From Albugo candida (taxonomy: Eukaryota), in assembly GCA_040437565.1 (NCBI GenBank), contig JBDOQK010000001.1, positions 496,001 through 560,000 on the forward strand: a DNA stretch of 64,000 nt, written 5' to 3'. Shown in pieces: positions 12,601 through 24,300 of this stretch (the stretch's first letter is position 1; every line of letters begins with the position of its first letter). The notes under the pieces were generated by a model. That model worked only from the letters and a program-made list of their open reading frames with translations, was not told where the DNA came from and ran no database searches. The translations under genes were made by a program, and so were the position numbers.

Positions 12601-15170
12601 TGTAAACGATTGGAGTATCTTCTACTGCGAGAGAGAGCTTTGCATCTTTTTACTGATCACTGGAATTTATAAAATTATTTTCGATCCAAAAGCGTGGATA
12701 CCGCCATTGCACGATTTGAAGTGGACAAGCTTCAATGATGGGCAATGGTCTTGAAAAAACTTTGTTATGTGATCAAATATGTATTAAGGATGAAAATGTC
12801 TGAGGGATATTCTATCCCGTTGAGGATAGACAAGTAAAGGAATGAAACAAACAACAACCAAATGTTATGCTCTGGCTGTTGAACAAAAGGTTTCGCATTT
12901 TTGGAGGATACTGCTTTTGATGGCCGTCTTTGGATTGTCAAGGATTTCATTACACTGTTTATCTGGNNNNNNNNNNNNNNNNNNNNNNNNNNNNNNNNNN
13001 NNNNNNNNNNNNNNNNNNNNNNNNNNNNNNNNNNNNNNNNNNNNNNNNNNNNNNNNNNNNNNNNNNGGATAGACAAGTAAAGGAATGAAACAAACAACAA
13101 CCAAATGTTATGCTCTGGCTGTTGAACAAAAGGTTTCGCATTTTTGGAGGATACTGCTTTTGATGGCCGTCTTTGGATTGTCAAGGATTTCATTACACTG
13201 TTTATCTGGTTTTTTTAACTACCTTCCTTATCCTACCATAAGTCCCTGACCGTGTGAATATCACTTAAGTCTGACTTCAAACCTAGGGAGGCAGATATTT
13301 TCCAAGTTTATTGCTTGGGTGGGCTCAAACCGCTGCCCACACTGCCGGGAATCGAACTAACGACCTCCGGCAGGGGCTCCGTGCGCTAAAGTGCTTAACT
13401 GACTGAGCTGGGTACGGAACCCTTATGGCCGTCTTTGGAGGAAATTGGCGTGCTACAATCAGCTTTGGAAGACAGCAGCCTTTCGTATAAATCCCCATTA
13501 ACGAAATAGAACAAGCGCGGCGTATCATGAGATGCGGATAACCGCATTTGGATCCCAAATAGTGCCGTCAATATCCAGCAACGACTTTGTATTGGGGCTC
13601 ATGCAGAATCTGCAGGTCATCGGGGTGTCGCGACGACACTTCAGATATTATCAAAGCATATAACATGGAGCTCGATGAATCACGGCGTGAATAATTTCGT
13701 GCTCCGATTTCTACGCTGTCTTTTATCGCGAGGAGTAAGATGTAACGGCCCATTTGGAGTAAGTCTGAGAGACACCAAACCGAATGAAATCTTATATTTC
13801 GCTTTCTTGTCAATACCTGCAGGTGTTGAAGGGTGTCATTATGTGCTCGTATTGAAAGATGACAAAAGCGGATTCTGCGAGTTTATTCCTAGTGGGGTGG
13901 CCAACACCGATGTCACCGTGGCAGCAATACTAGATTAGTTTAAGAGGTATGGCGCGGTCTCGGTCTGGGTGTCTGACAGAGGATCACAATTCAAGCATAA
14001 ATCTATGTAGAAATTTTATAAATTTCTGTGCGTAAAACATCATTTCATGACGGCGTATTGTCCGTGGGCAAATCAGTCGGTCTAACTACTGAGCCGTCAG
14101 CTACTCTAGAAAATGCGCTGTTATTTGAGCGAGAGAAAGCTGAGGATTGCGCAATGGCCCAGTTTGTTGCCGCTCTGTCAACCGTCGGTAAATTAGCTAC
14201 CATCGGCTCGGCTAAATGAGCCTGCACCGGTTACAGGGTTTACGGCACTGCCAGCAGGAGATTCGATCAGCGTGATGTATCACCCGACGGCATGGAATGA
14301 TTGGCGTCTATGACCGAGCTGGAATCGAATGTAAAACAGCAAGTATCCATTGGAGGAAAGCCTTCAAGAAACACTGGGAAACGGAGTTGCTCATATTGCA
14401 TAATGTTCTGCATGACGTCAAGTAAGAATTTATGCGCTGCTAAAGCGACAAGCATATGCATCAGTCATTATCCGAGGCCAAAAAACAAAAGAACGATGCA
14501 GCAAGACGCCGCTACAGCAATAAAAAGGGCATGATATGGACCTATTCTGAAATTTTGATTTTTACAATCCGGTCACGTCACCAAGCACGCAAAAAAATGG
14601 TCTTACGTTGGAAGGAAACATACCGTGTGGTACATTGAATGATTGGGTGCATGATATTCAGGAACTAGTGGAACCCTACGATGTCCTCACGCGTCACGAT
14701 TCGCCGCTTCAAAAATATAAAGAAAGCCATTTGAAAGTTACGAAGGATCTAAAGTATTATATCGTGTTCGCGAATAGAGGCCATTTAGTGAAACTATTCT
14801 TAGAGTGCTGTATCAATCGCGATACACAGACATGGGAAATTCTGGTCGAATGGATCGGGCTAAATAGCGTGTAAAATGGCTGGGAGCCCGCTGCAATAAT
14901 GCGTGAAGATGTTCCGGTCTTGCTGTCGGGGTGGGTCGCTGACAGTACCACAGTTGAAGAGATGTGGCGGTCTATTGAAGGTGGAGTGATGAGATCTAAA
15001 TCCCTTGTGTCCCGTACGAAGGGAGTATTGGGTAGTAAATGAAGAACAATCCCGAAAAGCATAATTAAGGTAGGTATAAAAAGCCTAATACATGTATTTC
15101 TTTGCTTGATTTTTGCGGCGATCAACACGGAAGCCGTCTGTGACTTGTAGCGTCAAAACTCAGAGCCAGA
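9686..15170 (+). mobile_element. Degenerate Ty3/Gypsy chromovirus-like LTR retrotransposon
   Basis: Related LTR-like repeats at ~9686-9890 and ~14988-15170. RT RRYPPL..TVDLRAVN..WLDE (11520-11970), RNase H WSTVEKEC..FTDHWNL (12379-12672), integrase AHAESAGHRG, LVLKDDKSGF, HHFMTAYCPWAN, chromodomain WEILVEWIGL...WEPA. LTR right ends are approximate. Confidence 0.88.
13178..13422 (-). mobile_element. tRNA-derived SINE, copy 2 (full length, 245 bp)
   Basis: 17-bp TSD T(G/T)ATGGCCGTCTTTGGA (13161-13177, 13423-13439). On the minus strand: A-box-like CAGCTCAGTCAG, B-box-like AGTTCGATTCC, no internal T4 run. Confidence 0.9.
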
Positions 15171-15477
15171 TCGTAATCATCGACTTCAAAGCGAAAGGGA
15201 TGAAAAGTTTAATTTCAGTGCAGCTTTAAAAAGAATATGGAAATGATGGATTAGGTGTCAGATACTTCTCTAGTTAGCATCTGAGCTGATATATTTCTAG
15301 AGATCGGAAAAATGTACCTTTCTAGATTCTTACAAGGAGCGGACTCAAATACGTAGTTTAGTTCGGAACAGGATTTAGTCAAGCGTTCGACGAAGCTGTC
15401 GTCTGGATTTCTTTGTGAGAGTCGAAGACAGCATAGGCGCTGAAATTGATCCAGGCCATAAGAATTGAATTTACCAA

Positions 15478-18335
15478 TTTTTATCATTATGAGCTTTCGC
15501 GGCGGCATCAAGTCCGTATTAGCGGACTGTAGCTTTCGCTTACGCCTGGCTGTTTATTTCTTTTGTTAAATCAATTCCTGTCTATTGCAGAGACGCTGGG
15601 CAAGTTCTTTCCATATGACGCGGTCTGTGCTATAATTGATAGGGTGTATAGATCTGCTGTGTTGCGGAGACGTAGACTGGATTTCATGTTGAGCCGTAGG
15701 TTCTTGTCGAGAATGGTTGGGAGCCAGATGCGTGTACGACCTCGATATTATGGGCATCTTCCCAGTAGAGTCATAGTATCTAAGCATGTTCAACTGAGCT
15801 GGAAGATGGTGTGCGCGGCAAAGAATATGACCAAAAGAATACCTCCATCGAGGCTCGTCAGGTGACTTCGAAGTCGTTTTGTGTTACAACCCTGTAAATT
15901 CCGCGGTGCTGATGCGCTGGGGGTAGTGGATACGAAAGTCGCGGCAAAAATGACGACGGTAATATGCCAATGTGGCGGTCTGTGAGACCCCATGTTCTAC
16001 AGTTGTATAGCAGAATAGGTAACATATAGAGATTGTATATGCGAATGCAGATGCTGCGTGAGCTTTTCTTCTGTGCGTCTTCGAAGTCATCAAGTAGTGA
16101 TGGCAGGTTGTGAACGGTGCGTCAACTTTCGTCGGTCGTCTCCTATGAGCGATCAATAGTCGTTCGCTCCGTTCTGCTCACATTGATGATCAAAGATCAC
16201 GCCCGATATACTCGCTCGGCAACAAGAAGTATATGCTCGAGACGATTAGGATCATGATGAATGAAGCCCACATCATTGGCAAACACAATGGTCTTGAAGT
16301 ACCGCTTCCAAGTAGATCACGAACAAAGTGGGGAGGTTGCATGTCCTTGAAGGGTACCATGAATACTTGCGAATGCTGAGTATCACATCATATCAAGGTG
16401 GAGCTAGAGGGTCGTGGCTTTGAAGGGAGCTTTTATTGTCTGGAACAATCAGCAATTTATGTCGATCGATGGTGTCAAAAGCCTTGCTGAGGTCAGTACT
16501 TAGAATGTACATATTGGTCTGGAAGTAACGCATTAGGTCAAATTCTATCTGTGTGACCATACTGCATCAGCTGTGCTGCGGGCGACTCGAAAGACGCTCT
16601 GGTCAGGTGAGAGCCACTTAGCAACTTCTTACGAATGCGATTTAGAATGACCGTGGACATGTTCTTACAAGTGGTGCTGAGAAGGTTGATCGGTCGAAGA
16701 TTGGCACTGGTGCCCGTCGGTTTATTGGGCTTCGGAACGGTGATGATTACACCATGCTTAATTCTTCCGCGCATGGATGGGGTGAGGTTTTGGATATGAC
16801 GATTGAGTGATTTAGTGAGGAAGTCGGCAACCACTGGTGTACTATACATCAGTACTTCATCTGGGACGTGATCTGCGCCTAGTGCGTGATTATCAATCTG
16901 AGACCGAAATGCTTGTGTAATTTCGTCCTCCGTAATAGATGAGGTCATGCTGTATCTTCTGACAGAGACGTCACTGAGATGAGGTTTATGAAATTGAGCA
17001 GAAAAAAATCTGTGATGACTTGGATAGTTTCCCTGGAGTTTCCAATGACACGACCATCGTGGTCACGTATAAATAACGATGACTGCTTTCGTAGCGTGAG
17101 CCGTCGGGCGATCTGATACATCCTCTCCGTGTATTTTTATTTTTCGAGATCTTTAATGCTCTGGGAAACAGGAAGTCTGCCAGCCTCCTTGCACTTTTTG
17201 TCAGATGGTCTGCTGCAGGGACTGTCGGCGAGATCGATAAAGCAGTAAATCGACAGGTTCATTGCTACGGGTGATCATATCACGAAGACGTTTTTGCGCA
17301 AGAGACAGCTCAGCTATCTCATGATTGTGATAGGGGCTTTGTGTATTCTCAATATTGAGCCGGAGGATGGTATTCGTGACGGATTCGATGCGATTTAGCA
17401 CCTATGGTCATCCAAGTGAACTAGTGGGCGTTGATGCGAGAAGTTCATTTGTGATGGGTTGCTGGTATAGATCAAGTAGATCCGGATCCCGGAAAAGGGC
17501 GGTGTCAAAAGTAAGTGTTCAAGGCTGCGTGCGGGAGATGTGCATGAGTATAGACATTGGGCAGCTGAAGATGTGTGCTTGTAAGCCGATGATCGCTGTC
17601 AATGAGTGCCCTGCTCCAAGATTGTGAATTGGAAGGAAAAGCTTGGAGCGTAGTGGGAGTATGATGTAGTCGATCTGATTAAAAATGGGACCCCGTCGGC
17701 GAATGTCTTGCCAGGTTGTTATGTTGCGTGCGCGTCTTTTTCAGAATACTGTGTTTGACAGGAAGAGGTCGTTTTCCACACTCGGAGACGGATGCCACAT
17801 TCATTTCGGTATTCTTGCGAGCATAAAATCAGGAAAGCATCTCCTTCGCGTCGTTGCCCAATTTTGGCGTTGAAGTCTCTTGAAATGAATAAAAAGCTGG
17901 TTGGAAGACGTTGAATTGTTTGCTGAAGTGTGTCGTAGCATGCTTCAGACTCTTCTGTTGAGCGTCCCCTGTACGGGGCATAGACGTTGATAAGTATAAC
18001 CGTAATTTCTTTGAGACTTTTAGTTGCAGGACGGCGATGCGACCCCGCTGACCATCCAATACCGATGCACATGGTAAGCGACTCTATCGGACAGTATGAA
18101 TCCCAGGCCATATTAGGGTGTCAACGAAGGAAGAAGTATGACTCGATCAGCTGGCCGTCGGACGTCGCCAAGAACTCCCCTCAATTTTTCCTAGGTATGT
18201 CTGCTTTATCTTCGAGGTTAATTCACGAACGGTGAAGGTGCCGAGTTGGAGGGTCTTGAACTACCGGATTAGAGAGCAGTCAGAATTAGACGCATTGGGC
18301 ATGTGCCAGGTAGTGCGTCACCCCTAACCACCGAA
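15478..18335 (-). mobile_element. Degenerate non-LTR retrotransposon (LINE, probably RTE clade: APE endonuclease + RT)
   Basis: Endonuclease VILINVYAP...DFNAKIG (17719-18111) and QIDYI; RT ITEDEI..GADHVP..VPKPNK..LRPINLL (16538-16948) and SKAFDTIDR. About 2.9 kb with a single-ORF layout and a TAATGATAA-like tail. Ends are approximate. Confidence 0.85.
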
Positions 18336-19299
18336 AATTCACCAGCTAGTGTGATATATATGTAAAAAAGTTTTCGGAGTAAGGGAGCAGGGCATGGATC
18401 TCTGATGAAGTGGTAGCTTGATAGAATTTGCAATGTCTACGAAGTTACCTCAGCATTGATTTGTAAGGTAGTACAGTAATAAGAAGAAAATTGGAAATTA
18501 GCTCACGCTTATCTAATAGTAAATGTGTGAAACGTCAACGACGCTCATGGCAATCGCGACAGCGCTGCTTGCTCAATACCATCATTGATATCATGGCTGT
18601 TTGGACTGCGACATATTTTCATAAGATTATATCAAAGCGATGCTATCACTAGTATAACTTTTTTCTTCAAACTTGATCGATTCGTGCACTTTCCGAAAGA
18701 ATTCAACGGTTTAAAGGAAACATATAGAGAAGTGTTGAGGGAATAAAAGTGTGTGTGTTAGCCCTGCTTCCTTTTCGGCTGGTACAAATGTCGATCAATT
18801 CAATGCTCATTATATACAGTGCAATAGTCATTACATGGTTCTTTTCAGCTTAAGTGTGGTGGCTTTCGAGTGGCTCGACCGTAGATTGATGATCAGTGAT
18901 TGAGAAGAGATTGAGATCGTTCTTCCTGGTAATAAAGGAATCTCCGGACTTGAAGCAAGTCAAGACTGCCGGTTGAAATATTTTGTATTATAAAATCGGC
19001 AAGTCATACTCAAGATATATAATATAAAGTCAGTCTATACCTCAATGCACCAATTTAGATGTACTTCCACCGATCTTAATCTATCATACTCTCGTAAAAA
19101 ACAATTAACGGAAATATCCATCCAGATGCACCCATCGAAGGCCGCACAGTTCTGAGATTTGAGCGGTTCAACCATCACTACAATACGCTACTTTTTTGTA
19201 CTTATGACGGTGGAAAATGTCCGCACAAAATGATCGTCTCGTTACGTAATTTGACACTTGCATTCACACCGACCTCAGATACATGTAAGCATAAGAGCC

Positions 19300-19720
19300 G
19301 AGGCCCCTGTAGATAAAAGCGCAAGGTATGCTGGGCGTTTCTGAGGCGAAGCGATGAAGAGCTTCAAGGCAAAAGAATGGGGAAAAAAAACGATCGAAGA
19401 GAAAACTTCTGTTTTGATTCGCCTAGGAGTTTTCGAAGTCATCAAACGGCCTCGTGACAGCAATGCTGCACAGCAAGTGGGTTTTCATTTCAGATCTCGT
19501 GCTGATAGCATAATTCGAGAAGAAGGATCCACTCAAGCGCGTGCGCAATCCATCAATTTTTGTAGTATTTGGTATCCGAATATGCAAATGTGTAAGTAGT
19601 TGTAACGCGTCGGGCCATTGTTCTCAGTAATGGACTGACGGCACATTAGTGTCAAGACTTTCGAGCAATCGTACTAACAATAGCGTCCTCACCAAAATAG
19701 CATTGGGCATCATGTTCTCG
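19300..19720 (+). mobile_element. Copia RT N-terminal fragment
   Basis: AMKSFKAKEW..IEE...L..LGVFEVIKRP..N pattern typical of the start of Copia RT; broken by frameshifts. Confidence 0.6.
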
Positions 19721-19877
19721 AAGATTAGTTCTGCCTCGGAGTGCTGAAGTTATGAGCTCGAGATTGTATTAATTTACTTACTCGACCTTACACTAGTAAA
19801 TTGTTGCACACCTTGTCAATACTAACTCATGGTTTACACTAGTTATTACAGGTGTGAACCACCCAATATATTCAACA

Positions 19878-21260
19878 ATGTCGAAGGCAAGTCGTCAAAT
19901 TGTGGATCACAGAAAATCGACAACAACAAGCAACTCGGATGCTCAAGATGAAGCCAATTCTCCTGTTTGCGATAGTAGAGATTATTTGAATCGTAGATGG
20001 AGCATTGACGAGAAGGTTATAATACATGATGATAAAGATGACAGCGAGTGGATCAACAAGCCTCACACATTGTTCTACGGTTTTCTTTTCTTTGTTTGGA
20101 TTATTCATCAAGCATTCTCAGGACAGCATGAGCAAAGAAATTCATCCTTATATGATACAGATATATTTGTGGCTGACTTCAAGCGTGGAATCTCCTTTGC
20201 GTGCGCATTCTTCCTCATGTATTGTATGCTACAACTGCCAGACGGGCATTTCATTCGTCCACATCCGATCGTATGGCGTTTGATAACTGGAATATTCCTT
20301 CTTTATGAAATGCTCCTATTGATCATATTATTTCTGCAAACTTCCGATGCACGTCAGATACTCAAACATTTCGATCCAACGGTTGCAGTGCAGCTTCCAG
20401 AATCGTCTTATGCTTCTGACTGCCGATTATATACACCGGAGAATCCAGACTCAATGTTTTACAACATCAAAAGTACATTTTTCGATAGATTCGTTGTAAT
20501 GCATTTTGTTGGCTGGTTTGTCGGTGCACTTATGATTCGAAGCCATATCATCTGCTGGGCACTAAGCATACTATTTGAATTGTACGAGCTAACATTTCGT
20601 CATTGGCTGCCAAATTTTAATGAATGCTGGTGGGACCACCTGATATTTGATATCTTGCTTTGCAATGCTATGGGCATCTTCCTCGGAATGAGATTATGCC
20701 GGCAGCTCGAAATGAAAAAATTCAATTGGGTCGGAATACGAAAAATTCCAAATCTCAGGGGCAAAGCAAAGCGAGCAATTGCTCAATTCACACCTGCGTA
20801 TTGGCTTGCCTACGACTGGAAAATATTTCGTTCAGCCGATCGATTTTGGCGCGTATTGTGTATGGTGTTTATGCTGTCTGTCATGATGCTCAACTCTTTT
20901 TTTCTAAAATCCGTGCTTTGGATCCCAACTTCAAGCTACTTGAACATATACCGACTCTGTATTTGGTATTCAGCGGGAAGCTACGCCATTGCAGAATATT
21001 ACATTTTTACCACGATGACACTAAGCTATCCTGGAGAACGAGATGTACCTATAAACAAATTGGGTCCTCGTGCTTGGCTAGGTGTTGCAGTTGTAGCTAC
21101 TGAAGTGTGTGTGATCGTAAAGCATGGTCGAGGGATGTTTACCGAGCCATTTTCGCTCACTGTGAAGGCTGGGTGGAGCTTAGCGTTTGGAATGCTTCTT
21201 TCAGGCTCATTCTCTTATTTCCGGATGATAGGGAAGAAAAAAAGCAATGACGAGAAATGA
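19878..21260 (+). CDS. Phosphatidylserine synthase (base-exchange PSS family, PTDSS1/2-like), intronless
   Basis: Motifs KPHTL, PDGHFIRPHPIVWR, DRFVVMHFVGW, FELYELTFRHWLPNFNECWWDHLIFDILLCN; multiple TM segments; first ATG at 19878. Confidence 0.95.
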   Translation: MSKASRQIVDHRKSTTTSNSDAQDEANSPVCDSRDYLNRRWSIDEKVIIHDDKDDSEWINKPHTLFYGFLFFVWIIHQAFSGQHEQRNSSLYDTDIFVADFKRGISFACAFFLMYCMLQLPDGHFIRPHPIVWRLITGIFLLYEMLLLIILFLQTSDARQILKHFDPTVAVQLPESSYASDCRLYTPENPDSMFYNIKSTFFDRFVVMHFVGWFVGALMIRSHIICWALSILFELYELTFRHWLPNFNECWWDHLIFDILLCNAMGIFLGMRLCRQLEMKKFNWVGIRKIPNLRGKAKRAIAQFTPAYWLAYDWKIFRSADRFWRVLCMVFMLSVMMLNSFFLKSVLWIPTSSYLNIYRLCIWYSAGSYAIAEYYIFTTMTLSYPGERDVPINKLGPRAWLGVAVVATEVCVIVKHGRGMFTEPFSLTVKAGWSLAFGMLLSGSFSYFRMIGKKKSNDEK

Positions 21261-21325
21261 CCTCTCATTTGAAAATCAATGAGACAAATGCGTAATGCAA
21301 ACGCTACTAAATCAAGATCTTCATG

Positions 21326-24300
21326 TTAGTGCGCCATCAAATGGACCGCGTCGTTCATCAACGTTGTTTTCGTACGCAATGCTCGCCGAATCAATTGTCT
21401 AAATCGCGTCTCAGCTTTTTCGTCCGACGGCTCGTCCAACATAACGGTCTTATGGAGCCAGCGGACATCTTGCTCATTTCTCAGCTCAGGTATACCGCAA
21501 CTGGAAGCTGACACAACAAGTGTAATGAGCAAATCCGAATGTAATCTCAACACTTTGAACGCCTCGCATGCCAGTCTCTGAAATTCCTGAAATTGCGGAC
21601 TTTGCTCTCCTCCAATGACATCGATCATAGAATGTGTTAGCACAAAAGGTGCACGTTCGCGCTTGACTCCAAGTTTGGACTTGAAATTTCCAAGAAAATG
21701 GCCAAAATCGATATGGAAGAATTTTCCATTGCGTTGCAGCATCAAATTGTCATTATGTCGATCACCTATACCCAGGACATATGTCGCGACACAGTAACCT
21801 GCACAAGAGCGCAGAAAGTTTTGTGTGATTTCCTTCCGTTCTTTGCTATCAGGGCTCAATGGTGTTGCCTTCTCCTGTTTTCTTTTGCGGGGAGATTGCA
21901 ACGGGAAGCAACCAGGAGGTCTGTCCGCTTTCACTTTGTTTATTGGCCGTTCGATTGCTTGCAATTTGTTATCTGCTGAGGAGCTTGGAACACTTTGTTT
22001 GAGGAACAACCAATCGGACAATATAGCTTCACTCATGAGCGCATCTTTCACNNNNNNNNNNNNNNNNNNNNNNNNNNNNNNNNNNNNNNNNNNNNNNNNN
22101 NNNNNNNNNNNNNNNNNNNNNNNNNNNNNNNNNNNNNNNNNNNNNNNNNNNTTCCATTGCGTTGCAGCATCAAATTGTCATTATGTCGATCACCTATACC
22201 CAGGACATATGTCGCGACACAGTAACCTGCACAAGAGCGCAGAAAGTTTTGTGTGATTTCCTTCCGTTCTTTGCTATCAGGGCTCAATGGTGTTGCCTTC
22301 TCCTGTTTTCTTTTGCGGGGAGATTGCAACGGGAAGCAACCAGGAGGTCTGTCCGCTTTCACTTTGTTTATTGGCCGTTCGATTGCTTGCAATTTGTTAT
22401 CTGCTGAGGAGCTTGGAACACTTTGTTTGAGGAACAACCAATCGGACAATATAGCTTCACTCATGAGCGCATCTTTCACTGCAATCAACTTGCGCCCCAC
22501 ACTAGTTTGTAACTTCCCTCGATAACCATAAACAATCGCTGCTAATGTCTCTGCGTTTTGTACGACCTCAATCAAACCCGTTTCTACACCGGTAGCAATG
22601 CAGGAATATGGTGTCAGGCACAAGTCCATTCCAGCTTCCTGCCATAAATCGTCCATCACTCGCAGCAATTGTATCACAAGCTGGTCTTGGCGCAAATCAT
22701 CCCCGGATTTAAAAATCACATGTACCTGACCAAACTGAGCTCTAGCGTTTTTAAAAACAAGATAAAGAGGCTTCTTCTTCGACTCCAAAACTCTACATTT
22801 CTCAATATCAAAACCGGAGCAGAATGTGCGTGCATGAAGAGGTAGCTTCAATGTCGAAGCAATAGAAAGTCAGTATGACGTAACGTTTCAAAGCACCTGC
22901 AATAAGTACCTGNNNNNNNNNNNNNNNNNNNNNNNNNNNNNNNNNNNNNNNNNNNNNNNNNNNNNNNNNNNNNNNNNNNNNNNNNNNNNNNNNNNNNNNN
23001 NNNNNNNNNNNNAAAACAAGATAAAGAGGCTTCTTCTTCGACTCCAAAACTCTACATTTCTCAATATCAAAACCGGAGCAGAATGTGCGTGCATGAAGAG
23101 GTAGCTTCAATGTCGAAGCAATAGAAAGTCAGTATGACGTAACGTTTCAAAGCACCTGCAATAAGTACCTGGAAAGCATCAGGTAGTATTGCTTCTGCCA
23201 ATTTTGAGTCCAATACAGCTCTTCTTGCTTTTTGAGAACGCTCCAATTTCACTTCAGCGGCTACTTCTTCGAGTTTTCTCATAACATACATTGATTGTCG
23301 AATTTCGAGTTTGTATATACCGCAAAGTTTGACGTATTGTTCAATCAAAAGTTGAAATCGAGCACTCGAATGACAAAACTGCACTTCTGCATGCAAAAAC
23401 CAAAACAAGGGATATCCGATTTCCCCCGGATTTGTGAGTCCTCGAAAGAGAAGGAACCGAGCAAGTGCTGAATCATGATAGCGCTCGTTCTTGAGAGCTT
23501 GGACCAGTTGCAAGAGGTATAACTTCAGCCGATGGTCTGGAAGTGAATGCAGACACCGAACTGCGTATGCTCGAACTTTGGGATCCGCGTACGAGGGACT
23601 AAGTAACCGAAGTGCTTGCAAATAAGAGGGTTGTTTCCATATTCTCAAAAAACGGTGCCCTTCTATCACCACATCGTGCTTACTCCAGTCTATTGACAAT
23701 AAGAATGCGGGTAGAAGCCCCGCATCATCAGCCAAAGCTTCTCGATGCGACCATATGTGTGCTGCGATTGTTTTTGATATCGGAAAAAGTGAATCTCTTT
23801 TAATTGTTTCGAGTGCTTCACGAAACTCTTGAGCTTCTTTCTTGAAATCATGGTCATCTCTTTCGCCATCGTCTCCGTTAGATGAAGTGGAATTGAGTAC
23901 TGTTGTACGTAATGAGTTTGTTTTACCCACAAATGTATTCCCGAAATGAAATGCACTCAAAGCGTCATGACTTCCTTCAAATTCTACGCAAATGGACCCG
24001 AGAATGAAATTTTCAAAACTACCTGTCGCACAAGCATGACTATTTCGGGCGCAATTCCCAATGTCCAGAGGTGTAATTGCTGAGGATGCTGGTTTTTGCA
24101 ACCATAACTTTCGAACGCCACTCTGGAACGTGTGTGTAAAATCAAACAAATACATGCCTGTCCAGCATATCATCCGTCCCTTGTGGTAGAGCTCAACTAA
24201 TATATGGCAGCCATGCGGGATGTTGGCCAGCATGAGGTCAATGTGAACGCTTGCTTTGATTGAATCTTGATGTGTTTTGATACTCTTCGCTCCAGCCCGC

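Noticed and set aside
15490-15530. Hammerhead ribozyme in the LINE tail
   Set aside because: CTTGATG..CGAAA deviates from the CTGANGA core and the flanking stems are missing.
18281-18350. HDV-like ribozyme at the LINE 5' end
   Set aside because: A GACGCA/TGCGTC stem followed by TAA is present, but I could not build convincing P2, P3 or P1.1 pairings.
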